Shown: one piece after another, positions 40,320 to 49,115 of the stretch
Position numbering within the stretch: position 1 is the stretch's first letter
How the letters are laid out: each line of letters opens with the position of its first letter
From: Bradymonadia bacterium
GTDB taxonomy: Bacteria; Myxococcota_A; Bradymonadia; UBA7976; UBA1532
Assembly (NCBI GenBank): GCA_046290225.1
Contig: JBKAGE010000038.1
Span: 32,001-96,000, forward strand
DNA length: 64,000 bases
Reading direction: 5' to 3'
Program-made: the position numbers and the translations under genes
Notes under the pieces: generated by a model
Databases searched by the model: none
Told to the model about the DNA's origin: nothing
What the model saw: the letters and a program-made list of their open reading frames with translations, nothing else

Positions 40320-42895
40320 GGGCCCACCTCCAATTCAACAGTGATGAATCCAAAATCGCCAATGTCGAAGCCATCGACCACCAGGTAGACCAGCGAGGGC
40401 TCCGCGGGGCCCGTCCACTCGACGTACTCGTTGTTGCCCACTGCACCGATGTCGGAGCACACGAGGGGCAGGCCGTCACAGCCTCCGATGACATAAAGCA
40501 CTGCGTCGCCGTCAGGCATGTTCGCCCGGGCCCGGAGCGTCTCACCCGGGCCCAAAGCCACAGGGTACACCGTCTCGGGACCCGAGGCGCCGTTGGGGCA
40601 GACCACAGGGGGGTCGAGCTCTCGGTCGCCGAACTCCGTCGAGCCCGCGTAGGTGCCGTTCACCGTCCACGGATCGATGAAGTTCGCAATCTCACAGCTG
40701 GGGACGGTGCCATAGTAGGGGATGATCTCCACAGCCTCTTCAGCGGTCACCCGCGTCCCGTCCACCAGGGTGGCGGTGATGGGGACTCGGGTCGGTACGG
40801 AAACATCCGCGGCGCGGACGGTGACCTCCGCCAGGAAGTCCCCAGCGCCACCAGGTACATCCACGCTGACGATCTCCATGTCGGGGCCGAGATCGAAGTT
40901 GGCGGTCTCTACATCGAAGCCCGCGCCGATGGAGAGCACCTCGATGACCTCCTCGTCTTCAGAGATCACCGCATCGGGCAATGGCACGAGGGGCACCGGC
41001 TCGCTTCGACGGATGTCCACCAGATAGGGCGCGTCATTGCCCTCGGGCTGGCTGCCCTCCACGGAATATGCGTCCACCACCAGGAGCACCGTCTCGTCGA
41101 ACTCGGCGGTGTATCGCAAAACCACTGGCGCCTCGATGGCCTCTCGGAACACGCACCCGAAAGGCAAGGCGCCCATCTCGCAACGGTCGGCGATGTACAG
41201 CGTGCCGAAGGCGCCTGTGACCAGCTCAGCGGTGAGAGTCTGACCTGCCACCAAGCTCACTGGGATGACCTGCTCGCCGGCCTCGGGGTTGCCGAACCTG
41301 CAGGTGAGCTCTCCTAGGAAACCCACAGGCTCGAGGCCGGTGTAGGTGGCCACGTAGGTGCCGTCGCTCACCGGGCCCTCGTCGAGGGCGCTCTGGCAGT
41401 CACCTGCAGAGGGCAACGCCGTGGTGACGAAGCCGAGCCGGCCGGAGCGGAACACGGACTCTTCTCCGTCGCTCACCTGCAGGTGGATGGGCCCCGTGGG
41501 GGCGTCTTCGGCGATGACCGCCTCTGCAGAGAGCACATGACCCTGGGTGTCGGCGAGCTGCACGTTTTCGAGCACCACCCCATCACCGAGGCTCACGGAG
41601 AAGCCAGGGGCTTCAGGGTCGAAGGTACCATCCCACCAGCTGATCCTCACCCGGGTGCGCTGTCCGACGGGCAGCTGGGCGGGAGAGAGCTCTGCGGGCT
41701 TCACCTGGCGGCCGTAGAGGAACACGCGGGTGGTCTCCACGACGCGCACCTCGGCGGCCTCGGTCACAGCCACCTGGTGCCGGCGCGTGCGGCTGACGCT
41801 CAAAGTGGGCGCAGTGCCCAAAGAGATGCCGAAGTCAGTGAGGGCGGCGTCGAGGGTCACCTCGCCCACGGCGTCGTCGACCCGAAGCACGAAGCCCTCG
41901 TCATCCTCGAAGGTGAGCACGCTGACGATGACGTAGTCGTCTGGCTCTGGTGAGGGGGTCCAGCTGATGGTGAGCGGCTCGCCGTAGCGGATGGGCATCG
42001 GGAGAGACTGATCGTGGCTGGTGAGCTCGATGGCGTCGGGTACCACCACGACATCGGGGATGCTCAGCGGCCCCAGATCTTCGCCCCCGTCGATCTCCAG
42101 AGGCAACCGCTGACCGATCTCCAGCTGTTCGTAGATGCCCTCCCCGTCTTCGAGCAGGCTGGCGTAGATGGGCACCCCAGAGGCTTCAGTGGCCACGGGA
42201 TCGTAGGGCGCCACGAGCAGCTCGCCCAGCGCGAGGAACTGTCCGATGTCGAGGCCCTCCAGCGCAGCACCTTCCTCCAGCCGTTCGGGATCAGCCGCGA
42301 GGATCTCACCTTCACCAGGGGTCGGCCAGTAGCCGTGCACGATGAAGGTCTGAACCCCATATACATAGTCATACCAGCCCGCGACGTGCTCGAGGTCGAG
42401 GGCGGCGATCTCAGGCACGAAGACGCCATGGGCGGCCACCTCGGCCCAATCGAAGAGCGCGTCGGCCTGGAGCACCTCGAAGTTCACCTGACCGATCAGG
42501 CCTTCTGGACCCACATCAGGCGGGTCCATATCAGCCAGCTCCATATCAGCCAGCTCCATGTCGGCCATGCCACCATCGCCCATCCCTTCATCGGGGACAT
42601 CGCCGTCGACCATTTCGGCGTCGGGCAGCTCAGCGTCTGGCAGATCTGCATCCGAGGCGCCGTCGGGCACGTCCGCGTCAGGCAATATGACGTCAGGCAG
42701 ATCGGCATCAGGCAGACGCGCATCACGATCTGTAAAGTTCGGCGGCTCGCCATCTGGGGGGCCAGCGTCGAAGAGGTACACCACCCCACCATCAGGTGGA
42801 GGTGGCGGTGATGTGCTCTCGCCCTCTTCGTCATCACAGGCGAAGGCCAACGTCGACAATACGAGACAGCCCAACAGTGGGCGTCGAAGAGACAT
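40316..42895 (-). CDS. Large acidic lipoprotein with Ig-like and two PPC-like beta-sandwich domains
   Basis: ATG 42895 follows GGAGAGG; lipobox AFAC; Asp/Pro linker; two repeats of the form G.TL.A...LYI/V...C...LVVD; ATGA overlap with the PLD gene. Confidence 0.75.
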   Translation of the reverse strand: MSLRRPLLGCLVLSTLAFACDDEEGESTSPPPPPDGGVVYLFDAGPPDGEPPNFTDRDARLPDADLPDVILPDADVPDGASDADLPDAELPDAEMVDGDVPDEGMGDGGMADMELADMELADMDPPDVGPEGLIGQVNFEVLQADALFDWAEVAAHGVFVPEIAALDLEHVAGWYDYVYGVQTFIVHGYWPTPGEGEILAADPERLEEGAALEGLDIGQFLALGELLVAPYDPVATEASGVPIYASLLEDGEGIYEQLEIGQRLPLEIDGGEDLGPLSIPDVVVVPDAIELTSHDQSLPMPIRYGEPLTISWTPSPEPDDYVIVSVLTFEDDEGFVLRVDDAVGEVTLDAALTDFGISLGTAPTLSVSRTRRHQVAVTEAAEVRVVETTRVFLYGRQVKPAELSPAQLPVGQRTRVRISWWDGTFDPEAPGFSVSLGDGVVLENVQLADTQGHVLSAEAVIAEDAPTGPIHLQVSDGEESVFRSGRLGFVTTALPSAGDCQSALDEGPVSDGTYVATYTGLEPVGFLGELTCRFGNPEAGEQVIPVSLVAGQTLTAELVTGAFGTLYIADRCEMGALPFGCVFREAIEAPVVLRYTAEFDETVLLVVDAYSVEGSQPEGNDAPYLVDIRRSEPVPLVPLPDAVISEDEEVIEVLSIGAGFDVETANFDLGPDMEIVSVDVPGGAGDFLAEVTVRAADVSVPTRVPITATLVDGTRVTAEEAVEIIPYYGTVPSCEIANFIDPWTVNGTYAGSTEFGDRELDPPVVCPNGASGPETVYPVALGPGETLRARANMPDGDAVLYVIGGCDGLPLVCSDIGAVGNNEYVEWTGPAEPSLVYLVVDGFDIGDFGFITVELEVGP
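42525..42569. repeat. In-frame 15-nt tandem repeat encoding (ADMEL)n
   Basis: TCCATATCAGCCAGC twice exactly, plus one degenerate unit. Confidence 0.8.
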
Positions 42896-43077
42896 CGCGT
42901 CACCTCTCCGTAAATCAAGCGACGCAATATGCCATGTAAGCGGGTCTGAGAAAACTCGGCACACGGGCTGACGCCTCTCAAACCCGCACTGCGGTTTCTG
43001 CAGTGAGGTCTGCGGAATTCGCAGCAGCTTGACGCATCAACAGATGCACAGAGCCCTTGAAACGGTCCGGGCAGTGC

Positions 43078-43093
43078 TGGCACACCCATTGCT
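43078..43093 (+). promoter_or_regulatory. Sigma54 (-24/-12) promoter
   Basis: TGGCAC-ACCCA-TTGCT is an exact GG-N10-GC consensus, about 45 nt before ATG 43138. Confidence 0.75.
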
Positions 43094-43137
43094 CAATCAG
43101 AACTCGAGGACGAGACGAGATGAGTCGAGGGAGCGAA

Positions 43138-44103
43138 ATGCGTAGATTCACCACCTGGGGGGCCATTCTCCTCAGCGCGGGGTTGCTCACCGGGTGCCAG
43201 TGGGATCTCGAAGAAGAGGCAGAAGAGAGCGCTGCAGCCGACATGGATCTGCCCGACAACACGCAGCTCTTCTGTGCGACGAACGACGACTGTGCAGAGG
43301 CCTGCCCGGAGCTGGCCCTGGGGTGCGCCTGCGGTACGACGCCTGAAGGTCAGATTTGTGTCCCCGCCTGCGACACGCCCGCAGACTGCCCGCCGCCTCC
43401 ACCGGGGGCTGCCCCCCTCGCGTGCTCTGAGGGTGTGTGTGCGCCGCAGGCCGGTGGCGGCCCGACCCCGGACGGCGGCCTCATGCCCGATGGCGGCATG
43501 ATGCCACCTATGCGCCAGGACGGCGGCATGATGAGCGGGCCCACCCCGTGCGAGCAGCCTGCGGACTGCGTCGACGCATGCGGGCCAGAGGCCATGGGCT
43601 GTACCTGTATCGAGGGGCCCAACGGATCGAGATGCGCCGCCACGTGCGAGGTCGACGAGGATTGCCCTCCGGGCCCCATGGGCGAGGCCTTGATCTGCAA
43701 TGAGAGGCGGGGTGTTTGCCGCCCGGATGACGGCATGATGACGATGCCGGACGGAGGCATGCGGCCGCCGCGAGAAGACATGGGCATGATGCCTCCTGAC
43801 GGCATGGATGCAGGTCTGCCCCCGATGGGTGAAGATGCCGGCGGACCGCCGGTGCCCGAAGCCGACGCCGGCATGCAGCCTCCAGGGCGCATGGCCTGCG
43901 AGGTCGAGGCTGACTGCGAAGGCGCGTGCGATCCCGCAGCGATGGGCTGCACCTGTGACGACGGCCCCATGGGCATGTTCTGTGTGCCCACCTGCAACGA
44001 CGACGCAGACTGCCCCGAGGGGGCCATGGGCCAGACACTCACCTGTAACCAAAGGGGGATTTGCGTCCCCGAAGGCATGATGCCCGGCGGCATGATGCCC
44101 TGA
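43138..44103 (+). CDS. Lipoprotein with three 10-Cys repeats and Met/Pro/Gly-rich linkers
   Basis: GAGGGAG RBS; lipobox LTGC; three repeats of C..D.DC...C...GC.C...G..C...C....DCP...L.C...G.C.P. Confidence 0.85.
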   Translation: MRRFTTWGAILLSAGLLTGCQWDLEEEAEESAAADMDLPDNTQLFCATNDDCAEACPELALGCACGTTPEGQICVPACDTPADCPPPPPGAAPLACSEGVCAPQAGGGPTPDGGLMPDGGMMPPMRQDGGMMSGPTPCEQPADCVDACGPEAMGCTCIEGPNGSRCAATCEVDEDCPPGPMGEALICNERRGVCRPDDGMMTMPDGGMRPPREDMGMMPPDGMDAGLPPMGEDAGGPPVPEADAGMQPPGRMACEVEADCEGACDPAAMGCTCDDGPMGMFCVPTCNDDADCPEGAMGQTLTCNQRGICVPEGMMPGGMMP

Positions 44104-44111
44104 GCTTGCTG

Positions 44112-44198
44112 ACAAACGCGGGGGTGTGGTCGGGAGTCTCCTCCCATCGCATCATCTCCTCCCCCGGCTGTACCCCCGCGTTTGTTTTTTCTTCTTTT
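44112..44198 (+). terminator. Intrinsic terminator with a long stem
   Basis: 44112-44134 pairs with 44163-44185 (23 bp, 4 G-U, 14 bp perfect) and is followed by TTTTTCTTCTTTT. Confidence 0.85.
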
Positions 44199-44315
44199 CG
44201 ACGCCTGCCCGACACGCGCTTTCCTCCATCGACGCCCTCGACTTTTCGGGTCGCCTCGTGGTTTGTTGCGGCACATCTCGCAACCCCACCCCCACCCGCG
44301 TCGTCTCCTCAGATC

Positions 44316-44771
44316 ATGAACACCAACACCATGCTGCACCTGTGTATCGTCGACGGCCCTACCCTCAAGGCTCTCCTGGAGGCCGGTGAGGCCCTCGACG
44401 TCGATGCCCTCGCTCTCGACAAACTCTCCGCCCCTGCTGCTGATCTCGTCGATGACGCCCCTGAGGCAGAGGCGGGCTGGCTGCCAGGCCTCGCGAAGGA
44501 GAGCGGGGCCCCCCTCACCCTCGAGCACTTCGAGCTGGCTCCACGCCAGGCGGCCGGTGTGAGAGATCCACGAGGGGCGTGGGAGCTCGACGCCTTCGCC
44601 CTCTGCTCGGTCTACGAGCGGGTGGTCTGGGATGATCGCGCCCCCACGTGGCACAACACCGTAGGGCGCCCCAAGAGCCACGATCGCCTGCGCAAGATTC
44701 ACGATCTGGCCCTCAGGGCCTGGCGGAACAGCGAGCAGGGCGAGCGCCTGGTCATGCTGGAGCAGCTCTGA
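44316..44771 (+). CDS. Hypothetical protein
   Basis: The coding-like 3' part of track ORF 44061..44771, lying after the terminator. The stop abuts the sppA start. Start is 44316 or 44331. Confidence 0.6.
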   Translation: MNTNTMLHLCIVDGPTLKALLEAGEALDVDALALDKLSAPAADLVDDAPEAEAGWLPGLAKESGAPLTLEHFELAPRQAAGVRDPRGAWELDAFALCSVYERVVWDDRAPTWHNTVGRPKSHDRLRKIHDLALRAWRNSEQGERLVMLEQL

Positions 44772-44772
44772 G

Positions 44773-46491
44773 ATGTTGCGCCTTCTGTGGGCCCTGCCTC
44801 TGTGGTTGCTGTTGTTGCCTCTGGCCCTGGTCCGGTGGCTGATCAGTCGCTTCCAACGCAGCCCCAGGGTGCTGGAGGTGGTCCTCGAAGGCGACATCAC
44901 GCTTCTGCCCCAACCCAAAGGCCCCTTCCGCCGGGGCGGCAGCGGCGGGCGCGGGGCGCTGAGATCAGCCCTTCGGACGGCCCTCAAAGATCAACGTGTA
45001 CAGACGATCTTCGTGCGCATCGGGAGTCTCGAAGGTGGCCTCGGTCACCTCTCTGCGCTCCGGGCTCTGCTGGGCAGCCTCAAGGTGCCTCGGGGCAACG
45101 GCGCGGTGAAGGTGGTGGCCTATGTGCACCAGCCCACCACCCGCGCCCTCTGGGTGGCCAGCAGCGCCGACGAGATCATCATCCCCAAACACACGCCGGT
45201 CATGGCCATGGGGACCTCCCTCGAGATCAACTACTACGGTGAGGGGCTGGAGAAGGCGGGCATCGACGTTGATGTAGTGGCTGCCGGGGCTTTCAAGTCA
45301 GCCATGGAGCCTTTCACCCGCACCGAGCCCTCCGAGGCGAGCCGGGAAGCCCTCGAAGCCCTGCTCGGCGATCTCCATGACGGGCTCGTGGCCGATCTCG
45401 GCGCCCGGCCCGGGCGCACCCCCGAGCAGATCGAAGCGGCCCTCGCCTCAGGGCCCCACCTCGCCGACCAGGCGGTGGCGCTGGGTCTCGCCGACGCCGC
45501 CCTGGATCTCGAAGAGGTCGACGCCCGCCTCGACTGTCACGACGACGGCAAAGCCAGCAAGATCCACCTCGACGATCACCCTGGCGTGATCCGCCCCTGG
45601 CCCCGCAAGCCACGTCTGCTGCCCCAGAAGGCCCCTCTGGCGGTCATCCCCGTGGTGGGCGACATCCGCGACGGCAAGCTCGAAGGCCCCGAGCGGAGCA
45701 AGGGGGCCATCGGCCGCGAGGTGGTGGAGCTCGCCGATGCCGCCCGCAAGAACAAGTCCATCAAAGGCGTGCTGCTCTACATCGACAGCCGCGGAGGCAG
45801 CGCCACCGCCAGCGAGGAGATGTGGCGCGCAGTGCGCCGGCTGGCGAAGAAAAAGCCTGTGGTGGCCTGGATGGGCGACTATGCCGCCAGCGGGGGGTAC
45901 TACCTCGCCAGTGCCGCCCACCACATCGTGGCCTGCCCCACCACCCTCACCGGGAGCATCGGGGTCATCGCCGCCAAGCCTCACGTGGAGCGCCTGCTGG
46001 CCCGCCTCGGGGTGCACACCACCCGCCTGGAGCGCGGGCCTCAGTCGACGATGTTCTCTCTGAGCCGCGGCTTCACCGAAGCAGAGCGGGCGGCCATGGA
46101 AGCCACCATCACCGCCTTCTATGACCTGTTCCTCGCCCGCGTGGGCGAAGGCCGGGATCGCACCCCGGAGTCGGTCCATCCGGTGGCCCAGGGGCGCGTC
46201 TGGACCGGACAGCAAGCCCTCGCCCACGCCCTCGTCGACGCCCTCGGCGACGAAGAGGCGGCCATCCGCACCCTCTCGGCGATGACCGGCGTAAGCGGGC
46301 GCCCGCCCCTCCGCGTGCTGCGGCCCCACCGCCCGCTCATGGAGCGCCTGCTCTCGGGCATCGGCGCCCAGGCGGCAGCCTCCGCCGCCACCCCAGCCGC
46401 CCTGACCACGCTGATGGAGGCCGCCGAGGGCGCCCTGCCCCCCGAGGGTGACGCCCTCGCGTGGTGCCCCATCACAGTCCGCACACCGTGA
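44773..46491 (+). CDS. sppA: Signal peptide peptidase SppA (S49, two-domain type)
   Basis: GAFKSA, IDSRGGS, YAASGGYY, TLTGSIGV, AQGRVWTG.QA. Confidence 0.9.
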   Translation: MLRLLWALPLWLLLLPLALVRWLISRFQRSPRVLEVVLEGDITLLPQPKGPFRRGGSGGRGALRSALRTALKDQRVQTIFVRIGSLEGGLGHLSALRALLGSLKVPRGNGAVKVVAYVHQPTTRALWVASSADEIIIPKHTPVMAMGTSLEINYYGEGLEKAGIDVDVVAAGAFKSAMEPFTRTEPSEASREALEALLGDLHDGLVADLGARPGRTPEQIEAALASGPHLADQAVALGLADAALDLEEVDARLDCHDDGKASKIHLDDHPGVIRPWPRKPRLLPQKAPLAVIPVVGDIRDGKLEGPERSKGAIGREVVELADAARKNKSIKGVLLYIDSRGGSATASEEMWRAVRRLAKKKPVVAWMGDYAASGGYYLASAAHHIVACPTTLTGSIGVIAAKPHVERLLARLGVHTTRLERGPQSTMFSLSRGFTEAERAAMEATITAFYDLFLARVGEGRDRTPESVHPVAQGRVWTGQQALAHALVDALGDEEAAIRTLSAMTGVSGRPPLRVLRPHRPLMERLLSGIGAQAAASAATPAALTTLMEAAEGALPPEGDALAWCPITVRTP

Positions 46492-46498
46492 GCCGCTG

Positions 46499-48187
46499 AT
46501 GAGCTGGTTGGCCCTCGGGCCCCTCGCCCTGATCCTGCACCTGGCGGTCTTCTCGACCTACATCGCGCTGCAACGGCGAAAGCCCACCGCCACCCTCGCC
46601 TGGATCCTGCTGGTGGCGGTGCTCCCGATCATCGGACTCTTTGTCTGGGCGCTCTTCGGCGGTTATCGGATCCGACGACAGCGCACTCTCCGCCGCGGTG
46701 TGGTGAGTCAAGTGAAGCCACTTTGGCTGCGGCCCGGGCGCCACGGCGAGGGTGTGCCCGGCCATGATTTGTCTCTGAGCAGCCAGCACATGATCGCCCT
46801 CGGCCAGGCAGACGGCCTCGGCGCCCCTGCCTACCCGGGCAACCACGTGGAGCTCTTCCTCCAGCCCGCCCTGCTCTACGACGCCATCGACGCCGCCATC
46901 CGCGCCGCAGAGCATCACGTGCACCTGCAGTACTACATCTTCAAGAACGACGAGGCGGGGCACCGTCTGCGGGCGGCCCTCATCGAGCGCGCCCGGGCCG
47001 GGGTCAAGGTGCGGTGCCTGTTCGACGGCCTCGGCAGCTTCGGCCTCGGCGACGAGTTCTTGAAGCCCATGCTCGCCGCCGGCGTAGAGGTGGCCTGGTT
47101 CCTGCCGCTGAGGTTGCCTGGTCTTTCAAAGGCCCACCCCTGGTTCAGCCACCTGCGCAACCACCGCAAGATCGTGGTCATCGACGGCGTGAAGGCCTTC
47201 ACCGGTGGCGTCAACATCGGCGATGAGTATGCAGGCTATGGTGATCACCCTGGCTGGCGAGACACCCACCTGGTCCTCGCAGGCCCCGCGGTGAGGGCGC
47301 TCCAGGAGCTGTTCCTCGAGGACTGGATGTTCGCCACCGACGTCGACATCGAGAGCAGCCTCGTCATCGAAGATCTGTTTCACGAGCCCGAGCAGCCCCC
47401 GGGCTCCGATGTGGTGCAAATCATCGGCAGCGGCCCCGACACGCAGTGGGATCTGATCCACAAGCTCTACTTTCAAGCCATCGTCGAGGCCCGGGAGCGG
47501 GTGTTCCTGACCACGCCCTACTTCATCCCTGATCAAGCCATCTTCACGGCACTGACGACGGCGGCCCTCCGAGGGGTCGACGTACAGCTGCTCCTCCCCG
47601 CCCGCTCGGATGTACGCCTGGCAGAGTGGGCGGCCCGCAGTTACTACGCCGAGCTGTTGGAGGCAGGGGTGCAGATCCACGAGTTCACGGGCACGATGCT
47701 CCATGCCAAGACTCTGGTGGTCGACGGCGAGATCTGCTCGGTGGGCTCAGCGAACATGGACATCCGCAGCTTCGAGCTGAACTTCGAGGCGAACGCCTTC
47801 GTATACTGCCAGCACCTCGCCGAGCAGCTCGAGCAGGCTTTTGTGGAAGACGTGGCACAGAGCAAGCGGGTGGAGCACGCCGCCTTCAACGATCGACACA
47901 TCGTGAAGCGGATCGCCGAGGGCTGGGCCCGGCTGCTGTCACCGATTCTTGGCGGACGTGCCAAGGCACGCGTCCGCACAGGCGCAGCGAAGCTGGGCCG
48001 TCCGCCCCGACAATCGCTACAGCCCACACACCTCGTTCACCTGCTTGAGCAGCCCCGAGAGCGCCTCTTTCTCGATGCCGGCCTTCACCAGCTCTTCGAG
48101 GTTCATCGAGGCGCTCAGGCAGTGGGTCGACTTGCTGTCACCCGTGCTCTCGGCGATGGCCAGCGCCGCGCGGGTCTTTGTGGGTGA
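46499..48187 (+). CDS. cls: Cardiolipin synthase with an atypical C-terminal extension
   Basis: Two N-terminal TMs, RNHRKIVVIDG...GGVN, WRDTH, TPYFIP, LHAKTLVVDG...GSANMD.RS..LNFE. The family-typical end LLSPIL falls at 47950. Confidence 0.93.
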   Translation: MSWLALGPLALILHLAVFSTYIALQRRKPTATLAWILLVAVLPIIGLFVWALFGGYRIRRQRTLRRGVVSQVKPLWLRPGRHGEGVPGHDLSLSSQHMIALGQADGLGAPAYPGNHVELFLQPALLYDAIDAAIRAAEHHVHLQYYIFKNDEAGHRLRAALIERARAGVKVRCLFDGLGSFGLGDEFLKPMLAAGVEVAWFLPLRLPGLSKAHPWFSHLRNHRKIVVIDGVKAFTGGVNIGDEYAGYGDHPGWRDTHLVLAGPAVRALQELFLEDWMFATDVDIESSLVIEDLFHEPEQPPGSDVVQIIGSGPDTQWDLIHKLYFQAIVEARERVFLTTPYFIPDQAIFTALTTAALRGVDVQLLLPARSDVRLAEWAARSYYAELLEAGVQIHEFTGTMLHAKTLVVDGEICSVGSANMDIRSFELNFEANAFVYCQHLAEQLEQAFVEDVAQSKRVEHAAFNDRHIVKRIAEGWARLLSPILGGRAKARVRTGAAKLGRPPRQSLQPTHLVHLLEQPRERLFLDAGLHQLFEVHRGAQAVGRLAVTRALGDGQRRAGLCG

Positions 48188-48565
48188 CACCCGGCAGGCC
48201 TTGATGAACGCGGGATCGTTGCGCAGCTGCTTCTGCTCGGCCACACCGGCGATCTCCAGCTCACCGCACAGGGTGATGATCTCCAGGAACTCTTTGCTGG
48301 TCTTCGCCTGAGCGGTCCGCTCGGCGATGACCTTGAGACGACCGGCGACGTCGCTTGCAGGGGGCACAGCTACGGGCTTCTCCTCAGGATCGGCCTGAGC
48401 GACGGCGCCGTCGGGCTTCGATGGGGTCTCTGTGCTGGCCCCTGCTTTCGGATCAGGTTTGGCCTCTGCAGGCCCCGGTGTGTTCTTCGGTGCCGGATCT
48501 TTCTTGCCCGAGCACCCGGCGGCGAGCACCAGGACAGCACACATGCACAACCAGCATCCCTTCAT
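48017..48565 (-). CDS. Hypothetical lipoprotein
   Basis: GAGGAG RBS, lipobox AAGC, Pro/Lys linker, helical domain with 4 Cys. Confidence 0.7.
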   Translation of the reverse strand: MKGCWLCMCAVLVLAAGCSGKKDPAPKNTPGPAEAKPDPKAGASTETPSKPDGAVAQADPEEKPVAVPPASDVAGRLKVIAERTAQAKTSKEFLEIITLCGELEIAGVAEQKQLRNDPAFIKACRVSPTKTRAALAIAESTGDSKSTHCLSASMNLEELVKAGIEKEALSGLLKQVNEVCGL

Positions 48566-48613
48566 CTGCAACTCCTCTGCGTATCGGCGTTGAGCGTGGC
48601 CCAGAATCGACCG

Positions 48614-49096
48614 TCAGGCAATCTCACCTTCGAGCAGGTGAGGCCCCTCGAATTCCCGGACGACTTTGCGAAACGATTCAGGGATGGTGATCGGTTTAAA
48701 CGTCTCGTCGAGCCACACCAACGTGAGGCTGCCCGTGGACACCACCGCCCGCTTGCGCTTGTGGGTGATGAGAAAGTGGAAGGTGTAGCTGCTCCGGCCA
48801 ATGTGGCAGACCCGCACATGCAGCACGAGGATGTCGTTGTACCGCGCCGGGCTGTGGAACTGAGCTGCCTGCTGCACCACAGCCCCGGGGATGAGATCTT
48901 TGACGGGGCCGCCGTGGCGGGTGAGGCCCAGGTGGTTCAGGTAGTCCATCCGGCCCACGTCCATGTAGGCGGCGAAGCTGCCGAAGAAGACGATGCCCAC
49001 AGCGTCGGTCTCGCTCAGGCGGGCCCTGATCTCGGTCTGAAAGCCATAGACGTTGCGGTCCAGCGAGACCGCGGGCAGATTGACTGGAGCACTCAT
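48614..49096 (-). CDS. Acyl-CoA thioesterase (YbgC/4HBT hotdog family)
   Basis: RLSETDAVGIVFF..F..Y.D.GR, FHSPARYND, IGRSS. Confidence 0.88.
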   Translation of the reverse strand: MSAPVNLPAVSLDRNVYGFQTEIRARLSETDAVGIVFFGSFAAYMDVGRMDYLNHLGLTRHGGPVKDLIPGAVVQQAAQFHSPARYNDILVLHVRVCHIGRSSYTFHFLITHKRKRAVVSTGSLTLVWLDETFKPITIPESFRKVVREFEGPHLLEGEIA

Positions 49097-49115
49097 TGTT
49101 CTCTCAACACCTCGA

